A stretch of 32,438 bases of DNA from NCBI GenBank assembly GCA_041736305.1, contig JBGSTX010000387.1, forward strand, positions 1 through 32,438, in the 5' to 3' direction. Below are positions 17,588 to 26,144 of this stretch, piece after piece. This DNA is from Oligoflexus sp. Its GTDB lineage: Bacteria; Bdellovibrionota_B; Oligoflexia; Oligoflexales; Oligoflexaceae. The notes under the pieces were generated by a model. It was not told the origin of the DNA and ran no database searches. It saw only the letters and a list, made by a program, of their open reading frames with translations. Position 1 is the first letter of the stretch; the number at the start of each line of letters is the position of its first letter. The position numbers and the translations under genes are program-made.

Positions 17588-20314
17588 ATGTCCAAAAAGC
17601 GCCTTTTCATCATCGATGCAATGGCCATGGCGTTCCGCTCTTATCATGCGATTCGTCCCCTTACAAGTTCGCAAGGTGTGCCTGTTAATGCCGTTTACGG
17701 GAGCCTCCTCTTTCTCTGGAGCCTGATAGAACGCCAAAAGCCCGACTATCTTGCGTTTGCTACCGACAGCCAGGAAAAAACCTTCCGGCACACTCTATAC
17801 GGTGCGTACAAGGCTAATCGCAGTGAGATGCCGGCCGATCTCGCCGCACAGCTACCCTATCTTTTCAGACTCTTCGAAGCGCTCGAAGCCCCTATGCTTA
17901 AAGAAGGGGGACTCGAGGCTGACGACCTCATTGGATCGCTAGTCGTGCAAGAGGCTTCTCCCGATCTGCATTGTTACATAGTATCAGGTGACAAAGACTT
18001 CATGCAGCTCATCAATGAGAACGTGACGCTTTTCAGTCCCAAAAAGGGGGGTGAGGTCCTTGAAATCAACGAGCCAGAGGTCTTTACCAAATTCGGCTGT
18101 CACCCGAAGCAGGTCATCGATGTTCTGGCTCTAATTGGCGACAGCTCCGACAACGTTCCAGGGGTTCCGGGAATCGGCGACAAAGGAGCTGCAAAACTCA
18201 TTCAACAGTACGGCTCTCTCGACGCCATTTATGAGCACCTCGCCGAGATAGGCAATCAAAAGCAACGTCTCAGCCTCGAGAGCAATCGCGAACTCGCCTA
18301 CCTATCCCAGAAGCTGGTGACGATCCACACCACAGCTCAGCTCCACTTCCAGCTCGAGCAGCTCCGTTGCGATCCTAATACGGCTCTCGGCAATACGCGG
18401 CTTTTAAGCCTACTGGAGGAGCTGGAATTCAAGTCCTACGTTGAACGCGTTCGGGCTCGCATTAAATCGCTACCGAGTAGCAGTGTCAAAGCGCGATCGA
18501 CCACTTCGAACCAAAAACGCAGCTACCATACCGTACAGAGTGAAAAAGACGTTTCGGCCCTGGTGGAGCGGGCGAGGGCTGCTCCGCACTTCGCCTTCGA
18601 CACCGAAACTACAGGCCTCGATCGGATCAGCGATACACCTGTTGGAGTGAGCCTCTCCTTTGCAGCTGGTGAAGCCTACTATATGCCCCTGCACGAAAGC
18701 CATAGGCACCTGGAAATGCCTCGTCTGCTTCAAGCTATCGAGCAAATAGTAGCAAGTCCTGCTCTAAAAATAGGCCACAACATCAAGTTTGACCTGCAGA
18801 TGCTGCGAAACATAGACATTGACGTTGCCGGACCCTTTGCCGATACGATGATCATGTCCTATCTTCTCGACTCCGGTGAACGACTGCACAATCTGGACGA
18901 AGTCTGTCTGCGTTACCTTCATGAAGTCAAAATAAAGACCAGCGAGCTGCTCGATGCCAAAGGCTCAATTCTGGGGGCCCCCCTCGAAAAGCTGAGTGAG
19001 TATGCCTGCGAGGATGCCGACTACACCCTGCGCCTCTACGATCTTTTACAGCCTAAACTAGCCAAAGCTGAGCTTTTGCCGGTTTTCGAAGAAATTGAGA
19101 TGCCGCTCGTCCCTATTCTGGCCCGAATGGAACAGACAGGAATACATGTCGATTCAGATATTCTGCAGGAAATATCCGATCGTCTCTCAAAGCGAGCGCA
19201 GGAGCTTGAGCTGAGTATCTATCAGCTGGCAGGCGAGACTTTCAATATCAATTCAACGAAGCAGCTGGCGACGATTCTATTCGAAAAATTGAAGGTGCAC
19301 GAAGCCCTGGGAGTCAAGCGGATCAAGAAGACTAAAACAGGTTACTCGACTGATGTTTCAGTCCTTGAGCAGATGAGCGAGCATCCCTTGCCTTTTGCCC
19401 TGCTTGAATATCGCATGCTCAGCAAATTAAAAAACACCTACGTCGATACGCTACCACAGTTGATTCATCAGAAAACCCAAAGGATTCACACTAATTTTCA
19501 CCAGACGGGGACGGCGACCGGTCGTCTCAGCTCGTCAGACCCCAATCTGCAAAATATTCCGATTCGTTCGCCCATGGGCAAAGAGATTCGGAAAGCCTTC
19601 TGCAGCAACCTTCCAGGCTGGGTGACAATTTCCGCGGATTATTCGCAGATTGAATTGCGGGTTTTAGCCTCTCTCGCAAACGATGCGCAGCTGAAAGAAG
19701 CTTTCATCCAAGGACATGACATCCATACTAGCACGGCAGCCAAAATATTCGGGCTTGAGGAATCCCAGGTGTCTTCGGAACAGCGCTCCCAAGCCAAGGC
19801 CATTAACTTTGGCATAATTTATGGTATGGGTCCGCAGCGTCTCGCACGCGAGACGGGGGTCACAATGAAGGAGGCCAAGGACTTCATCGACCGCTACTTT
19901 GCCAGTTACCCGCGGATACGGACCTACATCGAGAATTCTATACAGTTCGCTCGGGACCACGAGTACACGCGTACTATTACGGGACGTCGCCGCCCTTTGA
20001 AGGAAATCAATGGGAGTCGGGATGGGGCTTCGCTCGCCAATGCCCAAAATGTAGCTGTCAACTCTCCTGTACAGGGCTCCGCTGCCGATCTTATAAAAAA
20101 GGCTATGGTTGAGGTTCAAAAGAAGCTGGATGAATCAGACTACCATGCTAAAATGCTTCTTCAGGTCCACGATGAGTTAGTATTCGAATGTCCCGCAGGC
20201 GAAGTCGAAGCTGTGATGCAGCTGATTCGCAGAGAAATGGAACATGCCTACGATCTCGGAGTGCCGCTTAAAGTAGACATCAGCTTTGGTAAAAACTGGC
20301 TAGAGGCTCATTAA
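17588..20314 (+). CDS. polA: DNA polymerase I with 5'-3' and intact 3'-5' exonuclease domains
   Basis: 5'-3' exonuclease motifs (YKANR, EADD, SGDKD, GDSSDN.PGV.GIG.K); ExoI-III (DTETTG, GHNIKFD, YACEDAD); polymerase motifs (TATGRLSS, ADYSQIELR, KAINFGIIYG, QVHDEL). Confidence 0.98.
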   Translation: MSKKRLFIIDAMAMAFRSYHAIRPLTSSQGVPVNAVYGSLLFLWSLIERQKPDYLAFATDSQEKTFRHTLYGAYKANRSEMPADLAAQLPYLFRLFEALEAPMLKEGGLEADDLIGSLVVQEASPDLHCYIVSGDKDFMQLINENVTLFSPKKGGEVLEINEPEVFTKFGCHPKQVIDVLALIGDSSDNVPGVPGIGDKGAAKLIQQYGSLDAIYEHLAEIGNQKQRLSLESNRELAYLSQKLVTIHTTAQLHFQLEQLRCDPNTALGNTRLLSLLEELEFKSYVERVRARIKSLPSSSVKARSTTSNQKRSYHTVQSEKDVSALVERARAAPHFAFDTETTGLDRISDTPVGVSLSFAAGEAYYMPLHESHRHLEMPRLLQAIEQIVASPALKIGHNIKFDLQMLRNIDIDVAGPFADTMIMSYLLDSGERLHNLDEVCLRYLHEVKIKTSELLDAKGSILGAPLEKLSEYACEDADYTLRLYDLLQPKLAKAELLPVFEEIEMPLVPILARMEQTGIHVDSDILQEISDRLSKRAQELELSIYQLAGETFNINSTKQLATILFEKLKVHEALGVKRIKKTKTGYSTDVSVLEQMSEHPLPFALLEYRMLSKLKNTYVDTLPQLIHQKTQRIHTNFHQTGTATGRLSSSDPNLQNIPIRSPMGKEIRKAFCSNLPGWVTISADYSQIELRVLASLANDAQLKEAFIQGHDIHTSTAAKIFGLEESQVSSEQRSQAKAINFGIIYGMGPQRLARETGVTMKEAKDFIDRYFASYPRIRTYIENSIQFARDHEYTRTITGRRRPLKEINGSRDGASLANAQNVAVNSPVQGSAADLIKKAMVEVQKKLDESDYHAKMLLQVHDELVFECPAGEVEAVMQLIRREMEHAYDLGVPLKVDISFGKNWLEAH

Positions 20315-20315
20315 A

Positions 20316-21098
20316 ATGGCAGAAAATGGACAGAGTCGAGAAGATCATCTCAAGGTAATGGGTTTGTTCGAGCACGTTGAGGAACTGCGCTCACGTCTGG
20401 TTAAATCGATTCTGACCATCGTCGTGTTCTTCTTTCTTTGCTATGCCTACGCCGACGTTATCCTCCAGTACCTACGTATGCCACTCGTTCAAGTACTCCC
20501 TAGCGGCGCTAACGCTCTGCACTTTACCGGTCCGATGGACGTCTTCATGGCCAACGTCAAGCTTGGTCTCTTCGCAGCCCTTTTGCTCTCCTGCCCAGTT
20601 TGGCTTTATCAGTTCTGGAAATTTGTCGAGCCAGCTCTTTATCCCCACGAAAAAAAGTATGTGATGCCCTTTATTTGCGCGTCGGTCTTTCTCTTTGCAG
20701 TGGGCGTGAGCTTTTGTTTCTTTTTCATCGTCCCCATCGCACTCGAATACCTGATCGGCTTAGGGGTATCCATGGGCACGACTCCTATTATCACCATTAG
20801 TGACTACCTCTCGCTCCTCATGCTGATGATGATAGGTTTTGGAATGATCTTCGAAACACCAGTTATCCTCATTCTCCTGGCAATGCTCAACCTCGTTTCG
20901 GCTCAGACTCTCTCCGAGAATCGGAAGTTTGTGATCGTGGCGATATTCATTATTTCGGCTGTACTGACCCCTACACCTGACCCCATCTCGCAAATCGCTA
21001 TGGCCGGGCCTACCTGGTTGATGTTCGAAAGTTCTATACTCATCATCCGCTTTATAAAGCGGAAAGAAATTAAGGCGGAAGGAAGCAATGCGACCTAG
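20316..21098 (+). CDS. tatC: Twin-arginine translocase subunit TatC
   Basis: EHVEELRSRL, YQFWKFVEPALYPHEK, GMIFETP, SAVLTPTPDPISQ, six hydrophobic segments. Starts 1 nt after the polA stop. Confidence 0.95.
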   Translation: MAENGQSREDHLKVMGLFEHVEELRSRLVKSILTIVVFFFLCYAYADVILQYLRMPLVQVLPSGANALHFTGPMDVFMANVKLGLFAALLLSCPVWLYQFWKFVEPALYPHEKKYVMPFICASVFLFAVGVSFCFFFIVPIALEYLIGLGVSMGTTPIITISDYLSLLMLMMIGFGMIFETPVILILLAMLNLVSAQTLSENRKFVIVAIFIISAVLTPTPDPISQIAMAGPTWLMFESSILIIRFIKRKEIKAEGSNAT

Positions 21099-21801
21099 CC
21101 CTCTCGCGCTTATCGTCTTCGTGTGGACGACGCGAGCCCTTGCTGAAACAGCAGCAGCTCCTGAAGCTAGCGTTAAGCTTCGACAGAACGTCTGGGGTGT
21201 CGGTTTACAAAGTCGCCTCCTGCATTGGGGCGAGGACGAAAACGACCGCCTCCACTTCATGAGTCAGACCCTGGACGTGAACCGCGTATGGGTTCACGAG
21301 CAATGGTGGGCGAGCATCGATCTCTCCCTCATCCTTGGCCCAGTCAGCAAACGACTGCCGACGAGTCCTCCTATTGACTACAATGGCAGCGGCGTTGGAG
21401 CTCGCTTCGCTTACTCGCTTTTTTCAGATGGTCTTCGTCAACCCGGGGGTGACTGGGGCATTTTTCTTGGCGCTGAATCAATGGAGATTACGGGCCACTC
21501 TTATCGTCGCCGGGTATTAGAGGGTGGAGGTGTATCCGAAGGTTGGTTTGTGCGGAGTCGATGGATAGCGGCTATTCCAGGCGTCTTCTACAGCCGCCTC
21601 AAGCCGGGCCGGCCCAAGGGCAACCGTCCCGAATGGCTCATGACCCGTATCGAAGGTTATACCGTGCAAGTGGGACTTGCTCTCCCGATAAAAGCCGAAC
21701 TGATGATCAGTCAAACTTTGAATGGCGTGCGGGAAAAACGACGCTCGAACGTCCACGGTTATGCAGCCCTTCTTTCGCTTTCCGTCTGGCTCGGTATTTG
21801 A
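21088..21801 (+). CDS. Hypothetical secreted protein, possible outer-membrane beta-barrel
   Basis: Sec-like signal ending ALA-E, alternating beta-strand patterns (GVGARFAYS, WGIFLG, YTVQVGLALP) and C-terminal LLSLSVWLGI. Overlaps tatC by 11 nt. Confidence 0.65.
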   Translation: MRPSPLALIVFVWTTRALAETAAAPEASVKLRQNVWGVGLQSRLLHWGEDENDRLHFMSQTLDVNRVWVHEQWWASIDLSLILGPVSKRLPTSPPIDYNGSGVGARFAYSLFSDGLRQPGGDWGIFLGAESMEITGHSYRRRVLEGGGVSEGWFVRSRWIAAIPGVFYSRLKPGRPKGNRPEWLMTRIEGYTVQVGLALPIKAELMISQTLNGVREKRRSNVHGYAALLSLSVWLGI

Positions 21802-21826
21802 TCCTCACCTCCCTTTGCGCTATAGT
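21798..21826 (+). promoter_or_regulatory. Putative sigma70 promoter for the M16 peptidase pair
   Basis: TTGATC-N17-TATAGT, 32 nt upstream of TTG 21859, which has an AAGGAG SD. Confidence 0.6.
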
Positions 21827-21858
21827 GGTTCCTTTCTTCCTCTGAAGGAGACCAGCTT

Positions 21859-23190
21859 TTGAAGTATCTTTATGGGCTGCTTCTCAGCCTCACCCTCACC
21901 CCATCGGCCTCTCTCTATGCACAGTTCAAAGCTGAAAGCGTCAAAACCTGGCAGCTTAAGAATGGAATGAAGCTCCTGGTACTGGAAGATCATTCCATTC
22001 CCAATGCGAACATGTATACTTTTTGGAAAGTGGGATCGAGAAATGAAGCCCCTGGTATAACGGGCCTTTCGCATTTTTTTGAACATATGATGTTCAATGG
22101 CTCGAAGAATTATGGACCGGGCTCCTTTGATAAGGTCATGGAAGCTGCAGGCGGCTCCAACAATGCTTATACGACTGAAAATGTAACGGTCTATACCAAT
22201 TGGTTTCCGACCTCAGCGTTTTCAACGATCGCTGATCTCGAAGCCGATCGCATCGCATCCCTGCAGTTCGATGACAAAATGATTGAAAGCGAGCGGGGAG
22301 TTGTCCTCTCCGAGCGTTCGACTGCGCTGGAAAACGACCCCTGGGAACTCCTCTACCAAACCGTCCGGAGCGTCGCCTTCACCGCACATCCCTATAACTG
22401 GCCTGTTATCGGTTGGGAATCGGATATCAAGGCATGGAACAAGGATGATCTTATCCGTTATTTCCAGACTTATTATAATCCTGCGAACGCTGTCATGGTT
22501 ATCGCCGGAGATGTGAAGCCTGAGGAGATTCGAAGCCTAATTCAGCAAAAATTTGAACCTATTTCACGTCCCCCTTCAATACCAGCAGTACGCACCGTAG
22601 AGCCTCCTCAACAAGGCGAGCGCCGAGCATTTGTAGTAAAAGAAAGTAGTTCAAGTCCGCAGATCATCGTAGCTTTTCATACCCCGCAAACCAATCATCC
22701 CGACTATTATGCTCTCTCCCTGCTGAGCGAAATTCTCACTAGCGGGCCCTCTTCGCGTCTGGTTAAAAGCCTGGTCGATGAGAAGAGAATTGCCGCTGAC
22801 GTCAGCACGTCCATAAATCTGAGCCTAGATCCTGATCTTTTCATGATCTTTGCTACCGGCCTCGAAGGCAAGGACGCCCGCCGCCTCGAAAAGGTGCTCC
22901 TCGATGAACTCGAAAAACTGCGTACGCAAGGGGTGAAAGCCGAGGAGTTGGAAAAGGCCAAAAATCGCAGCCTAGTCGACTTCTATCGACGCATGGAAAC
23001 GATCAATGGCAAAGCTCAGCTGCTGGGAGACTACGAAGTGTTTTTTGGTGGCTATCAAAAGCTCTTCCAAGCTTCTGATCTCTATAAGGCAGTGAGCCTG
23101 GCCGACATCAACCGCGTGGTCAAAACTTACTTCCAAAAGCAAAACCGCACCGTAGGTGTACTTGATAAACGCGAAGCCGGGGATTTATAG
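21859..23190 (+). CDS. M16B zinc peptidase, catalytic subunit
   Basis: Signal peptide, inverted zinc motif HFFEH, NAYT, ERGVVLSER, HPYNWPVIGW. Confidence 0.93.
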   Translation: MKYLYGLLLSLTLTPSASLYAQFKAESVKTWQLKNGMKLLVLEDHSIPNANMYTFWKVGSRNEAPGITGLSHFFEHMMFNGSKNYGPGSFDKVMEAAGGSNNAYTTENVTVYTNWFPTSAFSTIADLEADRIASLQFDDKMIESERGVVLSERSTALENDPWELLYQTVRSVAFTAHPYNWPVIGWESDIKAWNKDDLIRYFQTYYNPANAVMVIAGDVKPEEIRSLIQQKFEPISRPPSIPAVRTVEPPQQGERRAFVVKESSSSPQIIVAFHTPQTNHPDYYALSLLSEILTSGPSSRLVKSLVDEKRIAADVSTSINLSLDPDLFMIFATGLEGKDARRLEKVLLDELEKLRTQGVKAEELEKAKNRSLVDFYRRMETINGKAQLLGDYEVFFGGYQKLFQASDLYKAVSLADINRVVKTYFQKQNRTVGVLDKREAGDL

Positions 23191-23192
23191 CC

Positions 23193-24608
23193 ATGAAACT
23201 AAAAAACCTGCGACCTATCTTTGTCTTTGCTTTCGCCTTATTTTTTTCTGGAATCGCCGAGGCAGCAGATTTTAAGCTACCCACCTATCAAAAGGCTCGT
23301 CTTGAAAACGGTATACAAATCTTCTTGATGCCGCAGAAGGAAGTCCCTCTCGTCCATTTTACCGTGGGCATTCAGGGGGGGAGCTCTCTCGACCCTCAGC
23401 AGCTAGCAGGTCTGGCCTCATTTACCACGGAGGCCCTCAAGCTCGGCAGCAAGAATTTCAAGAAAAATCAGATAGAGGAGCGCCTAGATTTCCTTGGCGC
23501 AGAGCTGAGTGCCAATGCACGAGCGGACATTTCGACGATCGATCTGTCGATGGCGGCGAAGGATGCTCCTCAACTCCTCCCCCTCTTAGCCGATCTCATT
23601 ATGGCTCCCACGTTCCCCGAACAGGAGATTATCAAGCTCAAAGAAAGGACTATATCGGATCTCAAAAAGGCGAAGGAGAGCCCGAAGCAGCTGGCTGATC
23701 AATACTTCAACAAATTGGTCTTTGGCCAGCATCCCTACGGTCGTCCGGTGGATGGCTACACCCTCAGTATCAGCCGCATCAAGCGCCAGGATCTCTTAAA
23801 TTTCCACAGAGAGGCTTTTCGCCCACAGAGAATGAGCATCGGCATTGCCGGAAACATCGAAGTTAAAGAGATGGAAGCCCTTGTCCGCCGCATTTTCGGC
23901 AACTGGCGCCCCGCTGAAGACTCGCGGGAAGTCATTTCTCTAGCTATCCCAGATCCCAAAGCCCCTGCAGAGACCCGCGTCTTACTCGTGAACAAACGGG
24001 ATGCAAGTGAAACAACTTTCCGGATCGGGGGTCTCGGCGTAGCACGCAATCATCAGGATTGGGTAGGGCTACAGGTCATCAACACTATACTCGGTGGCCG
24101 CTTCACATCTCTTCTCAATGAGGCTCTCCGCATTAAAAGCGGCCTCACGTATGGCGCATGGGCCCGTTTCAACGGCTTCAAGACCAGTGGAAGCTTTGCT
24201 ATGGGCTCATTCACAGCCAATGAGAACAGCTTTAAGGCGATTGATCTCGCCCTTGAGGTCTATAAAAAATTTCTCGCTGAAGGTCTCGATCAAAAAACTC
24301 TCGACTCAGCTAAGACCTATCTCAAAGGCCAATTTCCCCCTCGCTATGAGACTCTCGAAAGCCTCAGTGGACTCTTAGTCGATATGTGGGCCTATCAGCT
24401 GCCTGAGCAGGTGGTTAATGACTTCGCAGAACAGGTCGACGGCCTGACTCTCGCCCGCAGCCAAGAACTTATAAAAACCTACTTCCCGGCGAAGAATCTC
24501 AACATCCTCATGATAGGGAAGTCCGCCGAACTTTTCACTGGAGCTCAGAAATACGGCAGCGTTGTCCAAAGTGATATGGACAGGATTGATGAAACGATTC
24601 TACCTTGA
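23193..24608 (+). CDS. M16B zinc peptidase, non-catalytic partner subunit
   Basis: Signal peptide and M16 fold motifs (LENG, HPYG, ILGG) but no HxxEH. Carries the R/Y pair (LRIKSGLTYG) typical of the complementary half of heterodimeric M16B enzymes. Confidence 0.88.
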   Translation: MKLKNLRPIFVFAFALFFSGIAEAADFKLPTYQKARLENGIQIFLMPQKEVPLVHFTVGIQGGSSLDPQQLAGLASFTTEALKLGSKNFKKNQIEERLDFLGAELSANARADISTIDLSMAAKDAPQLLPLLADLIMAPTFPEQEIIKLKERTISDLKKAKESPKQLADQYFNKLVFGQHPYGRPVDGYTLSISRIKRQDLLNFHREAFRPQRMSIGIAGNIEVKEMEALVRRIFGNWRPAEDSREVISLAIPDPKAPAETRVLLVNKRDASETTFRIGGLGVARNHQDWVGLQVINTILGGRFTSLLNEALRIKSGLTYGAWARFNGFKTSGSFAMGSFTANENSFKAIDLALEVYKKFLAEGLDQKTLDSAKTYLKGQFPPRYETLESLSGLLVDMWAYQLPEQVVNDFAEQVDGLTLARSQELIKTYFPAKNLNILMIGKSAELFTGAQKYGSVVQSDMDRIDETILP

Positions 24609-24658
24609 GTCGTAAGCATCCTTAATTTTAGTATTTTATTCTGACTTTTACTTTTTGC

Positions 24659-24685
24659 TCAAGCCCTCTCTCAAGCTACCGAAAA
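24659..24685 (+). promoter_or_regulatory. Putative sigma28 (FliA) promoter for the zinc-finger gene
   Basis: TCAA-N15-ACCGAAAA versus consensus TAAA-N15-GCCGATAA; ends 21 nt before the ATG. Confidence 0.45.
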
Positions 24686-24706
24686 CGAGAGGGGGGGTCA
24701 CAAGCG

Positions 24707-25423
24707 ATGCAGGGCAAACTGATACTACAACAGTGGTCAAAGCCAATAATCCGTAAATTGATACGGCAGGGCAGTGTTTTCACCTGTAGCCTTTGCAAAG
24801 GCAATTATAGTAGTCGAGGAGAGGCTTACGCCTGCCTTTCCACCTGTTGGGACGAACTCGCAGCGATCCACCCTATTCACATCGCGCATCGGATGGGCCA
24901 AAAGAGTCTCTTCCGCTGTAATTACTGCAGTCGTGATTACGACGAAGATTTCGAAGCTCTAAGCTGTGCAGAGCAATGCCGTCAAAGCCGCGATAGGCGG
25001 CATGAGCGAGAGCAGCGCATCGCCGGTATTACTCCCGTAGCTCGCCCCAAGCTTGCCCTGCGAACGAGTCGAGTGGGCCAGCCTATGCGAGCAGGAAAAC
25101 CCTCCCTTCTGCGAAGCCAAGGAGCAAAGCCGAAGACAGATATAGAAGCAAAGCCATCGAGCTCAGCGACAAGCCTGCCTCATGCCGAAAGCCCTGTGGT
25201 AACTGAGAATCCAAGCAGCGAATCCCCACCCCCAGGAGGAAAAGCCACTCCAGGAAAAGGTCGGAGCAGGATGTCATTTGCCAAACCCTACGTCAGGCAC
25301 AATGCTAAATATAAGTGTGCTTGCTGCAATACACTCTATTTCACTAAGTCCGAAACCGAGACCTGCTTTATGGGGCACTTTGATGCAGAAGGATTTGAGA
25401 TCGTAAAATCCGAGACAGTCTAA
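24707..25423 (+). CDS. Hypothetical protein with three C2H2-spaced, Cys-substituted zinc fingers
   Basis: Three copies of [FY]xCx2Cx3Yx8Cx3[CH] at aa 25-47, 69-91 and 202-224, with a basic/Pro/Ser-rich linker. Confidence 0.8.
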   Translation: MQGKLILQQWSKPIIRKLIRQGSVFTCSLCKGNYSSRGEAYACLSTCWDELAAIHPIHIAHRMGQKSLFRCNYCSRDYDEDFEALSCAEQCRQSRDRRHEREQRIAGITPVARPKLALRTSRVGQPMRAGKPSLLRSQGAKPKTDIEAKPSSSATSLPHAESPVVTENPSSESPPPGGKATPGKGRSRMSFAKPYVRHNAKYKCACCNTLYFTKSETETCFMGHFDAEGFEIVKSETV

Positions 25424-25439
25424 ATGTTCCCCTCAATGG

Positions 25440-25459
25440 AAAAGGGGCCTTGCGGCCCC
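25440..25459 (-). terminator. Intrinsic terminator of hpf
   Basis: Minus strand reads GGGGCC-GCAA-GGCCCC-TTTT (GNRA tetraloop), 26 nt after the hpf stop. Confidence 0.75.
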
Positions 25460-25485
25460 CCGAAGATTTTAATTTTTAGGTCAGA

Positions 25486-25893
25486 TCATCCGCGGCGACG
25501 CATCACCGCTTGTTCATATTTTAATATTTCGCTCGCATCAATTTCATGGAGTTCATGAAGATCTGGAATTGCGATACCCGTATCGCGAGCTTTGATATGT
25601 TTGTGATCTTTGAGTTTTTCCTTCTTTCGCTGAAGCTGCGTTACGAGTTTATCGATCATATGATCGATAGAGCCGTACATGTCTTCGCAAGAGTGTTCTA
25701 CGTTGAGTTTGAAGCCATCGCCGCCGCTTAGGGTGCAAAGGACATGCTGCTCATACTTGTCGACGGAAAAAGTGACGTGGGCTTCGATGGGTTTAGTAAC
25801 AAATTTTCCCACTTCGATCTGAATTTTCTCTCTTGCGTACTTTTCTAATCCTGGCGAGGTTTCCATGTGCTTAAATGAAAATCGAAACTGCAT
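25486..25893 (-). CDS. hpf: Ribosome hibernation promoting factor (HPF/RaiA family)
   Basis: ATG 25893 with GGAG SD. FKHMETSPGLEKYAREKI, DMYGSID..IDKL..QL.R.KEK, plus a short C-terminal extension. Confidence 0.9.
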   Translation of the reverse strand: MQFRFSFKHMETSPGLEKYAREKIQIEVGKFVTKPIEAHVTFSVDKYEQHVLCTLSGGDGFKLNVEHSCEDMYGSIDHMIDKLVTQLQRKKEKLKDHKHIKARDTGIAIPDLHELHEIDASEILKYEQAVMRRRG

Positions 25894-25990
25894 AAGCAAC
25901 TCCAAAGAACGGTTAGCCGACTGAAATATAAGTTCTTTTCTGCGGGGACTGCTTGGCTCCTTTCAGTCCCAAAGCCTCCTTTCCTAATTA

Positions 25991-26018
25991 GTATCGGCTT
26001 AAAGTGTCGGTAAATGTA
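25991..26018 (-). promoter_or_regulatory. Putative sigma28 (FliA) promoter for hpf
   Basis: Minus strand reads (C)TACA-N16-GCCGATAC. The -10 matches 7/8; the -35 and spacer are imperfect. Confidence 0.45.
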
Positions 26019-26037
26019 GGACCAAGATTGCCAAATT

Positions 26038-26058
26038 TGCTTACTTCTCAAGTAAGCA
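26038..26058. promoter_or_regulatory. Perfect 9-3-9 inverted repeat, candidate operator
   Basis: TGCTTACTT-ctc-AAGTAAGCA between the divergent hpf and recD2 genes. Confidence 0.55.
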
Positions 26059-26144
26059 TTCGGCCCAGGCCTTGAGTCTTTTGGGTTTTTTTTTAATAAT
26101 CCCCTGGCAGGGCAGCGAATACTACGAAAAGGAATGCAGGGCGT

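Noticed and set aside
24664-24693. CCCTCTC/GAGAGGG hairpin that would hide the zinc-finger gene SD
   Set aside because: The 5' arm lies inside the putative sigma28 promoter and would not be transcribed from it; it matters only for readthrough from the M16 genes.
26062-26094. Hairpin plus T9 resembling a plus-strand terminator or sRNA end before recD2
   Set aside because: The stem is weak and depends on G-U pairs, and no plus-strand promoter is evident; the tract may be an UP-like element.
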